A stretch of 64,000 nucleotides of DNA. It comes from Bugula neritina. Taxonomy: Eukaryota > Animalia > Bryozoa. A model generated the notes under the pieces. The model did no database searches, was not told the origin of the DNA, and saw only the letters and a program-made list of their open reading frames with translations. Location: the NCBI GenBank assembly GCA_964035545.1, contig OZ037769.1, positions 6,243,929 through 6,307,928 of the forward strand, in the 5' to 3' direction. Of the stretch, positions 1 through 32,162 are shown piece after piece (position 1 is the first letter of the stretch; every line of letters begins with the position of its first letter). A program made the position numbers and the translations under genes.

Positions 1-336
1 CAGTATGAGTATTAGTGTTGCTATTACTGTTAAAGTATTAGTATTAGATTTAGTCACTATGACTATTAGCATTACTATTACTATTAGTATTAGTATTGTA
101 ATTAATGTTATACTCTGGTCACACTCACTGTCAGCAACTGAAAGTATTAACTGCAAGTATTAGTATAACTCTTACTCTAATACTATTAGTACTGCTTTTG
201 TCTATTAATATTACTATCAGTCCAAGTGTTACTATTACATTTACTTTTAGTTTTTATAATTACAGTTACTATTATTACTAATACTATTATTAATAATGCA
301 GTAGTTAAATTCTTGAACTATGCTAGTATTACAGCC

Positions 337-14040
<13,704 letters not shown>

Positions 14041-14435
14041 CCTACACTTTCCAGTCTAGTCTGTCTAGGGCCAATGAGGATATGGGCCCATGGGCTGAAA
14101 TATCTAGTCCAGTATTTCAATAAATTTTAAATTTTGAGGACTAACTTGTGAATTATGTTTTAAAATGGCTTTTTTACTCTGATATGACTAGGGGGGAAAC
14201 ATTTTGCTTTTTTTGTATTGAAATGTTGACAATATTTTATAAAAAATATTTTATTGAAACCGTCACATAAAAAGTGTTATGATACAAAATAAATTTAATA
14301 TACATATTACATGTTATAAAATTAGCATTTAGAAATGATTGCTACAAAGATTTTTCATATCTAAAATATAAATTACTAGCTTTTGATTGTCATTAATGAT
14401 GTTAAATGTAGGCTGCACCATCACCAGCGACTGAA

Positions 14436-17400
14436 TCAACAAGCAGCGTAGGCTGGAATGAGATACGACTTGGGTACAAGGCCTACTTTGCCATCTAGTA
14501 GGGCAGTCCACCAGCCCTCTCCTTCATGCTCTCTATCTATCACATGAATTATTTCACCTGAGCTGAAGCTAAGTTCATGACCTTCACTAGCCTTGCAGTC
14601 CCACTGGCCGTAATACATGTTACTGTAATCATCATTGTATACCGTAATGACCTTGGCCTTTTCTGGCTCCGGTGGAGGTGGAGGGAGTGGGCGAGCTTCT
14701 TTGATGGTTCTCGGTGGAGGAGGTGCCACATCTAGAAATTCCATGACATAATATGTTATTTATTGCATTGACTAAACAAATTATTTAAATAGTTCAATGT
14801 TTGCTGGTACATAATTTTCAGTAATGTTGACTTTTTGACTAAAATAGAACTAACTGTTTGAATGTATTATATCACACTTATCAGGAAGTTTCTAAAAGTG
14901 ATGAAGTTTCAACTTTAATCAGTCTGGAATAATAATATTTATACAAATACTACTGGACGACTGCATTCAGAACATCACATACTGGGTCTGTGAATCTAAT
15001 CTTTACAGACCAGGAATTTCCATCAAGTTATCATTTTGATGTTTTGGAGACAGTTTGAAAATAGGTTAATCATTAATTTATGAAACATGCTATATTTTCA
15101 CTCTGGTTATGCTGGTAATAGCCTACAATTATTTTCAGCCAAACAGTATGCCCAATATTAAGAAGCAGCCGTGGTCTAGGGGTTAGGGCGTTTGCTTAGT
15201 AAACACGAAGTCATAGGTTCGAACCCTGACAAAGGCCATTGGTGATGTTAGGAAGAGCATCCAGTCATAACTGCTCCTGTGTCCCATCTGAATAAGTCCT
15301 TAGCCTGATTTAACCAAAAAAACTTCCCATCAGGGGTTTTCTCACAAGGATGGCGACTATTAACTTGCATGAGTATGCCTAATATTATGAAATCTAATAA
15401 ACACTGTAGTGTTAGGATTATCCAGTGGTCCCTGCGGTGTAATGGTTAGCACGCCTGCTTGCAAGCCGGAGGTCCCGGGTTTGAGTCCCAGTGAGCAAAA
15501 GTTGTATAACCACATTCACCTGATTAAGCTGAAGTGAATACATGTTGGCTAGTAAAGTACACTGATTGTGGTGGAACACTACCTGCTTCATCATATACTT
15601 GTTCTTCCTGCAGCTCTGGAGCAAGCTCATCATAAATTTCTCCTGGCGGAGGAGGGACAGGAAATACCTCTTCTCCAGCATCATCATAAACCTACAGAAC
15701 CTTATCCTCTATAGCAAATATACTACCTCCTCTACACAGTATACACTATCCTCTACAGCAAGTACACTCACTCCTACCCTTAGAGAACATTATCCTCTAC
15801 AGGAAGTAAACTAACCTCTGCAGTGAAAACAATGACTGTTCTTTACACAATGTCCATTGCCTTCTGCATTCTGTTGGCCTACACTACTTTCTACATTATT
15901 ATACTCCACACTTTTTACATTGCTGATCTTTTTACTTATAAAAGAGGAAGCTACATTTACAGATAGTTTTAAGGCCGACGGTACACAGGTTTGCCCACAA
16001 GCTATTGAAACACACAATTTAATTAATATACCAGTCGAGTAGTAAAATGTAGCAGTAAAATTGTTAAAGTTTATAACTTTAATCTCTACAAAATGAAGGA
16101 ATATGTATTTAAAACTTGAAATTACTCATGAATCTACTTTCTGAACGTACAGCTGCAAAGATAATAGAGTACAACTGAATCATAACTGGTTGAATGAGAC
16201 CAGAAAATCTCACTTGATACAATAACATAAATGAAATTTCGTTGAAAGACAATCTAAAGAAGTGTAAAATATCTAATAATTGTAATTATAGGTAATAAAA
16301 TCCATGACTATCAGTACGTGACTTTTATTAAACTTTCCATGAATGTTTTTATGGTGTAGCATTTAGGCGACACAATAATTTACTTACATCCTGTCCAGCC
16401 GACGCATCTGCTTCTCCCTCATCATAAATGTCACCATCGCCCTACACGGTTAACATAAAGTTACAACATCATTATTTATAACTCCATGATTTCTACGCTG
16501 CTTGCCTGACGGTCTTAGGACCATTTGATCCATTTTTTAAATAATTTGAAATCATAAAATTTACTAATTTTTTTCACATAAAAATATGTTTCCCCAGAAA
16601 AACAAATTTCGTGATATGAAGGCGATAGTGTTCTATAAATGCATGATGTGAAGTCAACTAATACCTTCTTTTGAACATTGATGTCTCCCTAGTCCCTACA
16701 TTGAAAACTATATTTCTACAAAACACTGGTTGACATCAGTGTGCCTCGACCTTCATAACGATACAAATGTGCTGGTGGTGAAAAGATATAACCTCAGCAA
16801 ACAACAAATTATTATAATTTTTATATAATGGTTCCAATAGCTACTATATAAGATAACTCGCCATGTAGTGGGTACATTACATATAAACTTTTATCCCATC
16901 TTACGCAAATTTGGCCGGACATCTTTTAGGAATGTAGCAATGTTACATGAATAGCTACATGTATATCATGTATATAACTGCTTCCACTGCTAGAACGTAC
17001 ACTACTGGATAAGGGAGTACGTTATGAAGAATTGTACATACCGCTGGTTCATCATACACTTCCTGTCCCTGTGGAACAGGGGGAGGCTTTCCTCTCTTGT
17101 GTGGAAGAGGAGAATTTGTCATGGCACTAGACAAATCCGAGTCCACATAATCTATAAACATTTACTAGAATATTATTCTCCATTCATTCGGGTAATAACC
17201 CATTAAAGGTCTGGCCAAACGAAGTGGATGCCTACACAGACCGCTAACGGAAATTTTGCACAGATGGCAAAAAAGACTGTTGTGCGAATTTTTCCAATCA
17301 ATGTGCTGAAAAAATACTGCAAAAATTTTTTGTGATAGTGATTTAATTGGCGGAGTACTATTTAGTGGGTCTACTTTTCGTATTTCAGTTACATTTTTAT

Positions 17401-20400
17401 TTCAATCAATTGTGGGTTATCACAAATGATACTTCAAAATGTAAAGTTATTGGCAAATACAACTGGTCACTCATGTTTCGTTTCTGTTAGCAACGTATTA
17501 CATATGACAGAACCTTAACAGATTGAAAACATTTATTCTTAGCTACTAGAGCAAGAAAGTTGAGCTGATACTATCCAGCAAATATTTTTCCATCTGCAGC
17601 TGTTTATCTGCATGCTGATAAGCTGAGAATAATATTAGGAAAGAAGGGTATATTCCACCAAATGGTAATGTCAAAACCTCATTTATAATGTTGGTTGGTC
17701 ATTATGCATTAAATTTATATTTGCAGCTATTCTAGCTGTTGTAATTTCTAGGAAATCCATTTCAGGTGAAGTTACCAATCTAGACCAATCACAGCAGTCT
17801 ATATTAAGACTATACTATATTCAAGACATTGGCAATGGGCATCATACAATAATGTAATATTCTTGTTGAAAATTGGCCTCATGCAAAAACAACTTTAGAC
17901 ATAACATACCAGGTGCTTCTTCTACAGTAAGAGTGGAGCCTGAATCTGAACCAGAATGAGGAATAACTTTGGCAGTACCTAAATATAGATACATGGATAT
18001 AGTGTGTATATAACTCTAATACCTAAATATAGATACATGGATATAGAGTGCATATAACACAACACCTAAACATAGATACATGGATATCGAATGCATATAA
18101 CTCCAACACATAAATATAGACACACATATATAGAGTGTACATAACATCAACACCTAAATGTAGACATACAAACACTTAGATATAGGACGTATATTATAAC
18201 ACTAAGACCGAAGTGCATACACATAATACATTGATATAGACATAAAACATTTGAATATATACACACAAGTGTACACATATGACACCCAAAACATGACACA
18301 TGACAGCAAACCTGCGGCATCAGAAGGTTTGATCAGTGAAGACATAGGTGGATGGTCTACATCACTCCACTCAGTTACACACACTATCCAATCTTTCATC
18401 TCCTCAAAGGAACTTGCCAAAAACTATAAATAACAAAATAGTTGATGAGCACTTTTAGTGGTCAATAACTTAACTGTTTAATTTTGACAAAAAGATGTCC
18501 ATTTTCATTGAGCTTTAATCTTAAATTTTTATTCTAGATGCCCCTGTTTTGCCTGCACGCAGGTAACTATTTTAATTTAAATTATTCTCTAGAACTCGGA
18601 ATTTTTTTACATGCAACTTTATTCCTACTTGCCTACAGTTTCTAATCAAATCTCATACAAAGAAAGACCTGAATCAAATAGCTCACTATAGACTTCATCG
18701 GTGAAATATTTGAGAAATACCTGATAAGAACGTTTCCCTGGAGCCACCAACTCAAAAGATCCCTCTCTCTTAGCAGAGTTCTTCACCAAGTGGTAGGCAG
18801 GCCGTGCCTCGTATTCTAAAATAAAGATGCTAAAATTACTAAACCAGCCATGATCTGTGGAATATAAATGATTTTTCTTACAAAAGAATTCAGTGAGCCT
18901 CTGAGCACTGTAGTATAGTTTGTACAACTTAAAAGAAGTTCTGTGAATTGACATTCTGCATCACATATAATAGAATTTTTTTTTAAATATATTTTTCAAC
19001 AGTTTTGTAACAAATGTCTTGTCCTGAAATAAAATCACTTTCATTGAGCTATTAGTGTAAATATTCTCATCATTTTTCCAAGAATATCCGAGGCTGTATA
19101 AACTAAAAGCTAGTATTTCTTCTCACTAAGACAAGCAAGCTGTACCCTCATACCTCTCCTACTAACTAAGGTGTATGAAAACAGTAACAGCTAAAGTTGG
19201 ATGATATTTACCGCTAAGGTAAAAGGCTCCATTCTGTTTCTTAGCAGTTGGGGAGTCAAAGTAATAGAATATCCCTTCACTTATGACGCAGAAACGCTTC
19301 TGATAGGTCTTGGAGAACACCTTAGTATCTGTAATTATACGCATTGTTACCGCACATGACCAAATAGAGTTTTGAATAGATAATTTACTATCTGAATATT
19401 GACTTGGAGGAATAATAATTTTGATAATAATACGCTACTACAGATGATACATAAACAAAGTTGCGGAATAACTTAAATGCTACTCATGGTAAAGCAAGAC
19501 ACCAGAAGTTTACCATGCTGTAATGAGGCAATCAGCGATCACATGATCAAACAGCGATTACATGATCAAACTTTTGATCCGAATTTATGAGCATCAAATG
19601 CTATTAGGTGAATAAAATGAAGCACTTAGCTGTTAAAATAATGAATATAATGGCAGTGCTCAGCATTGGCTGATGAACAAAACAAAAATATTTTCAATTA
19701 CAAATTCCTCAGTCAATTTCTTCAACATAAGAATTGTGACTCTACCTGGGCGTTTTTTCTCAAGTGAACCTTTCTTTGTTGGAAGATCGAAAGAAGCTGC
19801 AGAAACTATGGCTATCTCCGCTTCATCTGCAAGGTCAAGGTAAACCATATGAATATAAACTTACATACCGAAATCAAACTTCTATACACAAGAGAAATAA
19901 TCCAACAAAAAGGAAAACTGTAGCAGTTTTGAACAAACGCTCTTGTAGAAATAATGCTTATTAAACCCACATTTTCTTTGAAAATATAAATTTATGTATT
20001 TACAGTGATTTGAAGCGGAACAGTAAAAATATTACATGCCGCAGAAAAATTTATGATAGAATAAATTAATTAAATTTGATAGCATTAATAAACCACCAAG
20101 AGTAAGCCACGGTCAGAATCTTTTAGTAGGGGTTAGCAGCTACAAGATGTTATAACTCTAAGTAGCAAAGAATAAAGAGAATAAGCATATGTACCATAGA
20201 TATACCGTGTTAAAAGAAAATAAACAACAGTTTTAGCGAGAAAGAAAATCACAATAAATATTAGCAGGGAGTTATACAATCAGAGGAGAATAGAAAGACA
20301 GTTTACACCAGTTTGTAAATTGCTCACTGCTAAGAAAACGCCATAAAATTGAGAATTGATTTAATGCTTAGGAGCCACGTACAAGCAGTTAGTTTCTTTC

Positions 20401-23400
20401 ATTTGAAATTTACATTTACTGTGTTTCCATGGCTACGAATTATGCGAATGAATGCTCATATGGATAAATTTGTAGTTGTGGTTTGCACACTTATGATTGT
20501 GATTTCATCTGATGTAACTGTTTCCAAACATCAAATGAAAAATCCATTCGCATAATGCAAAGCTTGGTAGTGATTATCGCGAAGGAAATGACATCAGAAA
20601 CCAGATGAGCAAGTTACAATACGATTGAAGCTTAGTATTAAATGTTTTGCGAGAGAAAGAAATACTGATCAGATATTCCTAAGCCTTGTTACACTGAGGA
20701 ACCTCTGAACAGCAGCATTGAAATGGTTAGCACACACCAGAGCGATAGGAGCTGTGAGAAGAAAATCTTCTCTGAATAGAACCTTTACTAGAGACGGTGG
20801 CACTAGAAGACGAGATGGGGATACTAGGAGACGGTAGCTGAGCGGGTCGATTCGGTAACTCAGGAGCTGCAGGAGCATCAGCCTCTGCTTCATCATAGAT
20901 GTCTTTGTTAAAAAAATTAAACATGATTGAAAACGATGGGCATAAGTCAACAGAAAAGTATACATCTGTGAAAATTTAAAGTTATGTTTTACATGTGAAT
21001 ACATATAAATCTTTTATAATAATTATAACATTTTAAGCTTTTAAATTATAAATAAATATTATATTTTCAACCCATCTTAAAAGTCATTTGAGCAAAAATT
21101 TAAAATATGAAACCGCAATGTAAGTGACGATTGCAATTTTATGCCCATTTTCAACTTTACCATCACTCAGCGACAAATTACTAGCACAAGATTTGTTTGT
21201 GTTGGTATATTTATCTACAAAAGTTTGGGGCAGTAATACCCCCCCCCTCCTCAACATACAACCAGAATACCTTGGCCATCATCAAAAACTGGTGCAGAGG
21301 GACACACTCGTTCAATCCTCTCTATCAGCTGACCAGCTTTGCTGCCAAATGCCTTAGAAGCAGACGACTCCTTCAGCTCGTTTAAAAATGTCAGTACATC
21401 TAAATCAGTGATAGAAGTGAGATATTTAATATGTATACAAGTGAACTAAAAGAGAGCAGCTATGAGACTTTGTATCAGATATTAATCTGAAAAGTACTAG
21501 TTGAAAGGCAGTATTGATGACGACTATTTACATCTTAATGTTATTATAAATAACTATCTACAATAACACAGGTGCATTACATAGATATAAGTGTATTACA
21601 TAGACATAGGTGCATTACATAGATATACAGTGCTGTGAAAAAGTTTAAGGACGCCTCCCTGTTTTCAATAATAACAATGTTCCAAACTAATTTTAAGACA
21701 TAACAAAAGCAGTTCCATAGGAATGGTGCCTATTAAAATGATCCTTAAGATCTCTTTATCTCATTCATATAAATTATAAATGTCTCTTTTGATATCCTCC
21801 CAAAATTTGGGTGAAACAATGACATACTATCTGTATATAGGAATTATTCGATGCTTTCACAATTTGTGTGTACTGTATGACATCAGAATATTTTACCTAA
21901 AATATAGAAAAATATTATATGTGATTTGTTATACACCTTATAGCAGCATTGCAACACACAGTGCACTCAATTTTAGTATCAATATTTCGTTGGCCAGCCT
22001 TTATTCTAAATCACAAGTCGGCAGTGACGAGGCATTGACTCGTACAGCTTCTCCAACTCGTCTTCAGTCACAACATGATGCCATGTATGAATTACAGCCT
22101 CTATGAGTGTCACCTTGGTTGTTGGCTTCTTTGAGGAGACTATTTTAGCTATTCTTGACCATGAATTTTTTTTGGGTTTAAGTCCGGGCTTTGTGCTGAC
22201 CAGTTGAGAGTTGAGACCCTCTGCTTTTTCATCCACTCTTCAATAGTCTTTGTCCTATGGCATGGTGCATTGTCATCTTGAAATATGTAAATTTTATTCG
22301 AAAAGTTTTTTTTATGATTGGAAGAAGTTTAGCATTGAGATTATTTATATATTTTTGGGTATTAGCATCATTCCAGACCAAATACTGAGTCGACCTACAC
22401 CTTTTCATGTTATACAACACCGGAACATAACACCGATAGGGTGCTTAATTGTTGTAAGTATACATTAGGGGTTATATTTCTCATACTGGTATCTTTTAAC
22501 ACAACAGTTTCTAACATGATTGTTCATATTAAATATGAATTCAGCTGAAAAAATTACTTTTTTTTTAATCATTGCTTGTCTAACTACCATGCTCCCTGGC
22601 CCACCGTAACCGGCTTTTTTGCTGCTTCTCGGTTGGTTGAGGCTTCCTCTTGCTTTGCGGCCACGTAAACCATGGCTCAGCAATCTTGCCTTATCAGGGA
22701 TGTCGAAGCTAGTGTTCTTGTTGATTCTGACCATTCCTTGCCAACTCATGACTTGTTTTATGGAGATCCTTTTTGCTGATTCCAATGAGAACCATGTCAT
22801 CTCTGGGTGTGCTTATTTTTGGTCGTCCATTTTCAGGTTCATCTGCTACACTGTCAGTCTCCATAAACTTCTTAATAATTTGATGTACAGTTGTCTTTAC
22901 TTTGCCAAACTTTTCAGATGCTTTTCTAATTGAATAACCTTCCTTATGTAAGAAAATTATTACAAACCTTGCCTCTGATGGAAGATTTACAGCTCGCATT
23001 TTGTCTATGCACAGCACCCAAGTGGACACCATGTAAAAAGCTCACAACTAAATGATATATTTCAAATTATGAAGGGAAGTCATACTTTATGATAACATGA
23101 TGCCATGCACAAAGTCAAATTTCACTATTTAGCCTTTTGTGGTTATAAAAAGCGATAATTTTTAATTACATAAAAATACAGGAGTTGCGCTTCCCTAGCT
23201 GCTTGCGTAGTCGACCCGAAAATGGGTGGAAAACATCACAACAGTAAGAATTTATGAGGTGGAAATTGTAGAGCACATTCTAAGTGTCATTTTGATATAT
23301 AGAACTTGCAGGAAAATATTAAGAACTTACAAGAAATGTCTATTAAACAAGCTGCATAAAAATTTCTGCAAGCGTCCTTAAACTTTTTCACATCACTGCA

Positions 23401-23758
23401 GGTGTATTACATAAATATAGGTGTATTACATAGATATAGGCGTATTACATAGACAAAGGCGTATTACATAGACATAGGTGTATTACATAGATATATATGT
23501 ATTACATAGACATATATGTATAGAGTTAGCACGTAATTCTCTGCTGCAAACATTTTCGCTACAGAGCAAGAATAAATAAATAGTAAACAGTAAACTATAT
23601 ATTTAATAGCTACAGCACAATAAACCTGTAAAACATCACAGCATTCAATTAATTAGTGAGGCTAGAGATAGTAAACAATTACCAATTTAAGTGCTTTTAA
23701 GTAATAAAAGATGCTTACCCCGGAATAAATTCTCAACTTCTGGTTGAAGTGTAGTCAT
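14436..23758 (-). CDS. SKAP2: Src kinase-associated phosphoprotein (SKAP1/SKAP2-like): N-terminal dimerisation helix, PH domain, pTyr/Pro-rich linker, SH3 (12 coding exons)
   Basis: Exons 23758-23719, 21399-21271, 20902-20738 (or -20783), 19826-19746, 19328-19212, 18815-18721, 18423-18312, 17978-17910, 17151-17042, 16441-16388, 15691-15583, 14731-14436; phases consistent. N-terminus LQPEVENLFRDVLTFL; PH domain KKGSLEKKR..YQKRFCVISEGIFYYF..FELVAPGKRSYQF..EEMKDW; SH3 DYSNMYYGQWDC..ELSF..GWW..GLVPKSYL. Likely co-orthologue of SKAP1 and SKAP2. Confidence 0.9.
15161..15371 (+). mobile_element. tRNA-derived SINE (family A), best-preserved copy with 16-bp TSD
   Basis: A box TGGTCTAGGGG, B box GGTTCGAACCC. 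TSD AGTATGCCCAATATTA (15145-15160) / AGTATGCCTAATATTA (15372-15387). Confidence 0.92.
15427..15510 (+). mobile_element. tRNA-like head of a second SINE family (or tRNA pseudogene)
   Basis: GGTGTAATGGTTAGCACG...GGGTTTGAGTCCC (A/B boxes) without a paired acceptor stem; related sequence at about 27960-28045. Confidence 0.6.
17979..18175. repeat. 43-44-bp tandem repeat (4-5 units) abutting SKAP exon 17978-17910
   Basis: Unit CCTAAATATAGATACATGGATATAG.GTG.ATATAAC...A.A starting at about 17978, 18022, 18065, 18109, 18153. Confidence 0.85.
21570..23520. repeat. 20-bp minisatellite (AGGTGTATTACATAGATAT-like) split by the Tc1 (21570-21627 and 23399-23520)
   Basis: About 3 units left of the transposon and about 6 units right of it. 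Confidence 0.85.
21628..23398 (-). mobile_element. Tc1-family (DD34E-type) transposon, full-length but pseudogenised, in SKAP intron 1
   Basis: 27-bp TIRs CAGTGCTGTGAAAAAGTTTAAGGACGC / GCGTCCTTAAACTTTTTCACATCACTG (1 mismatch). TA on the left, CA (mutated TA) on the right. Minus-strand transposase pieces: HTH with GRPK, KVIFS, FQDDNAPCH, WSAQSPDLNP, broken by frameshifts and stops. Confidence 0.93.
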
Positions 23759-25845
23759 AGTCGTACTAGTAAAACTCTGTAACAGAAAAAAACAGCTATA
23801 GATTTTACGAGGAAAATCTAAATTTCGAAAATGTTTGATGCTTTACATTTAATTTTAGTTTGAACAAAAGAAACTGAGCGATACAGACAAAATGACAGCA
23901 ACAGAAGTCAGTTTTCTATTTGTATAATTATATAAACAATTAGAGTAACACAAATATTAGTACTACAATCAATGTTACTGTAGCTATGTCTCTTCCCAGT
24001 AGGTAATTAATACTGGACATAATCATAATAACTATAACATTAACTATCAACATAAATACAACCAAAGACTATAATTAAAATGTAAATTCATTAGTAGTAA
24101 CTTAAAGATTAAGTGTCATTCAACCTATAAGTATAATACTTAATAGTTATAATAACTTCAACTTCCTGTTCTATTGTTTATAGCTATGCAACTTTTCTCA
24201 AGTCAATACCAAGAGTACGTCTAAGGTGTGAGAATGAGAGTAACTGTAAGCAGGTGTTAAGAAGGAATAGTATTTCAATAGTATTTCGCAGCTTACTGCT
24301 GTATTACTATTAGTATGACAATTATCAGTAATTAGTACTACTATTAGTAATTAGTGATACTGTTACTATAACTATTACTAATAGTAATTATTCTAACATC
24401 CACTTTCAGTAGGGTCTCACACTTTCACACTAAGTAGCCTCGAGATAGGTTATTTTTAATCTAGGTTCTTTGGTATATAACATTAACACAAATGGTTATA
24501 GCATTATTATTACTATTATTAGTAAATATTAATAAAATTACCAATTTGATCTATTTGGTAGTAATAAATCTCAGTATTTCATGACCACCATCAGACTCAG
24601 TTACAGTGAAACTGAATGTGACGGAAAGCGCTCGAAGCAGCACAAAGTTGGTAGTCAGTAAGTGCAGTGATTGAGATATCAAATTTAGAGTTGGGAGTTT
24701 AGAATTTGGATAACAATGTTCATATAAACATTGCACTCAATAATTTTCAACTTTGTGCTGCTTCTAGTGGTTCTTAAACGGTTTTGTAGTAGTTCCTTCT
24801 TTGTTTTAGCCTCAGCTTTCAGATCGAAAACGCCTATGCTTCCAGAAATAGGAATAGTTAAAAGTAATTTGTTATAGAGTTGTCTTACTTTGAAACTATG
24901 CTACAAGCGTATTAAAAACGATTACATTTTGAAAAACCATTTAGCTTTTTGAGTCTTACGTTTTAACTTCAAATAGGTTTTTTCAAAACTACATTTTAAA
25001 GAGTTGCTTAAAATTATTGTGTGAATATTGCTAATTATTTTATTACTTCTTCTGCTGTTGGAAAAATTTCCGACAGCGATAACAGATGCGCTAGAACTTG
25101 GGTCGTGAAAATTAGCGCTCAAGTTATAAACTTCCTTCAATCGTGAACACTCGCACGTTTTCAATTATTAGTTGACCCTTAACCTCAAGAAAACTCTTCA
25201 TGAGATGATAAAAGCCTAAAGCCAAAGGTGATGGAATAGTTGTATAAATAATGTTATAACTTAATTGTGTAAATAGTGTAAGTGAGATTATACTTATAGT
25301 TATAATTATAAAGAGTTTTGCTTGTAATTCAAACTGCTGGTAGTGGTATCTGGTATGAAAGTAAAACTCTGACCAATACTAATACTAATAGTAATACTAA
25401 TAGTAATACTTATACTAATACTTAGTAATAGTAACGGTGACTCACAGTCAGTCAAAGTCAAACTGCATTTTATTTTTAAATTATTTGAATTTAAATTAAG
25501 TCCTACTCCTTGTAATTGTGTTAGTTTTATTTTTACGCAAGGAAAAACGTAGAAGTAGAACTAGATTTAGATTAGCTTCAAGTTTAACTTTACGAATTAT
25601 TTTAGTTTTACTTTTACTTTTACAAACTGAAAGCAGCATGAGCACATCAAACACCTTAGATCAAGATGTAAACAGACAAGTCATAGGATTAGAACTAAGT
25701 AAAAGTTGCTAGTTATTCAGCTGACAAGCCACCATTACTTTGATCTTGAGTTTGACTTCTAAATTTTTTATTTTTATTTGCAGATCACTATCAGCATCAG
25801 CGGGAGAGCATCAAATCACATTCTGATTCAGTAACAGTCACAATT

Positions 25846-32162
<6,317 letters not shown>

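Noticed and set aside
226-336. Hydrophobic N-terminal extension of ORF 226..477
   Set aside because: Low-complexity upstream sequence with a GTG start; KLHDC4 homology begins at ATG 337 (MGKK).
15427-15500. Functional tRNA (TGC in an anticodon-like loop)
   Set aside because: The acceptor stem does not pair and the B box is degenerate; a related copy at 27960 points to a SINE head.
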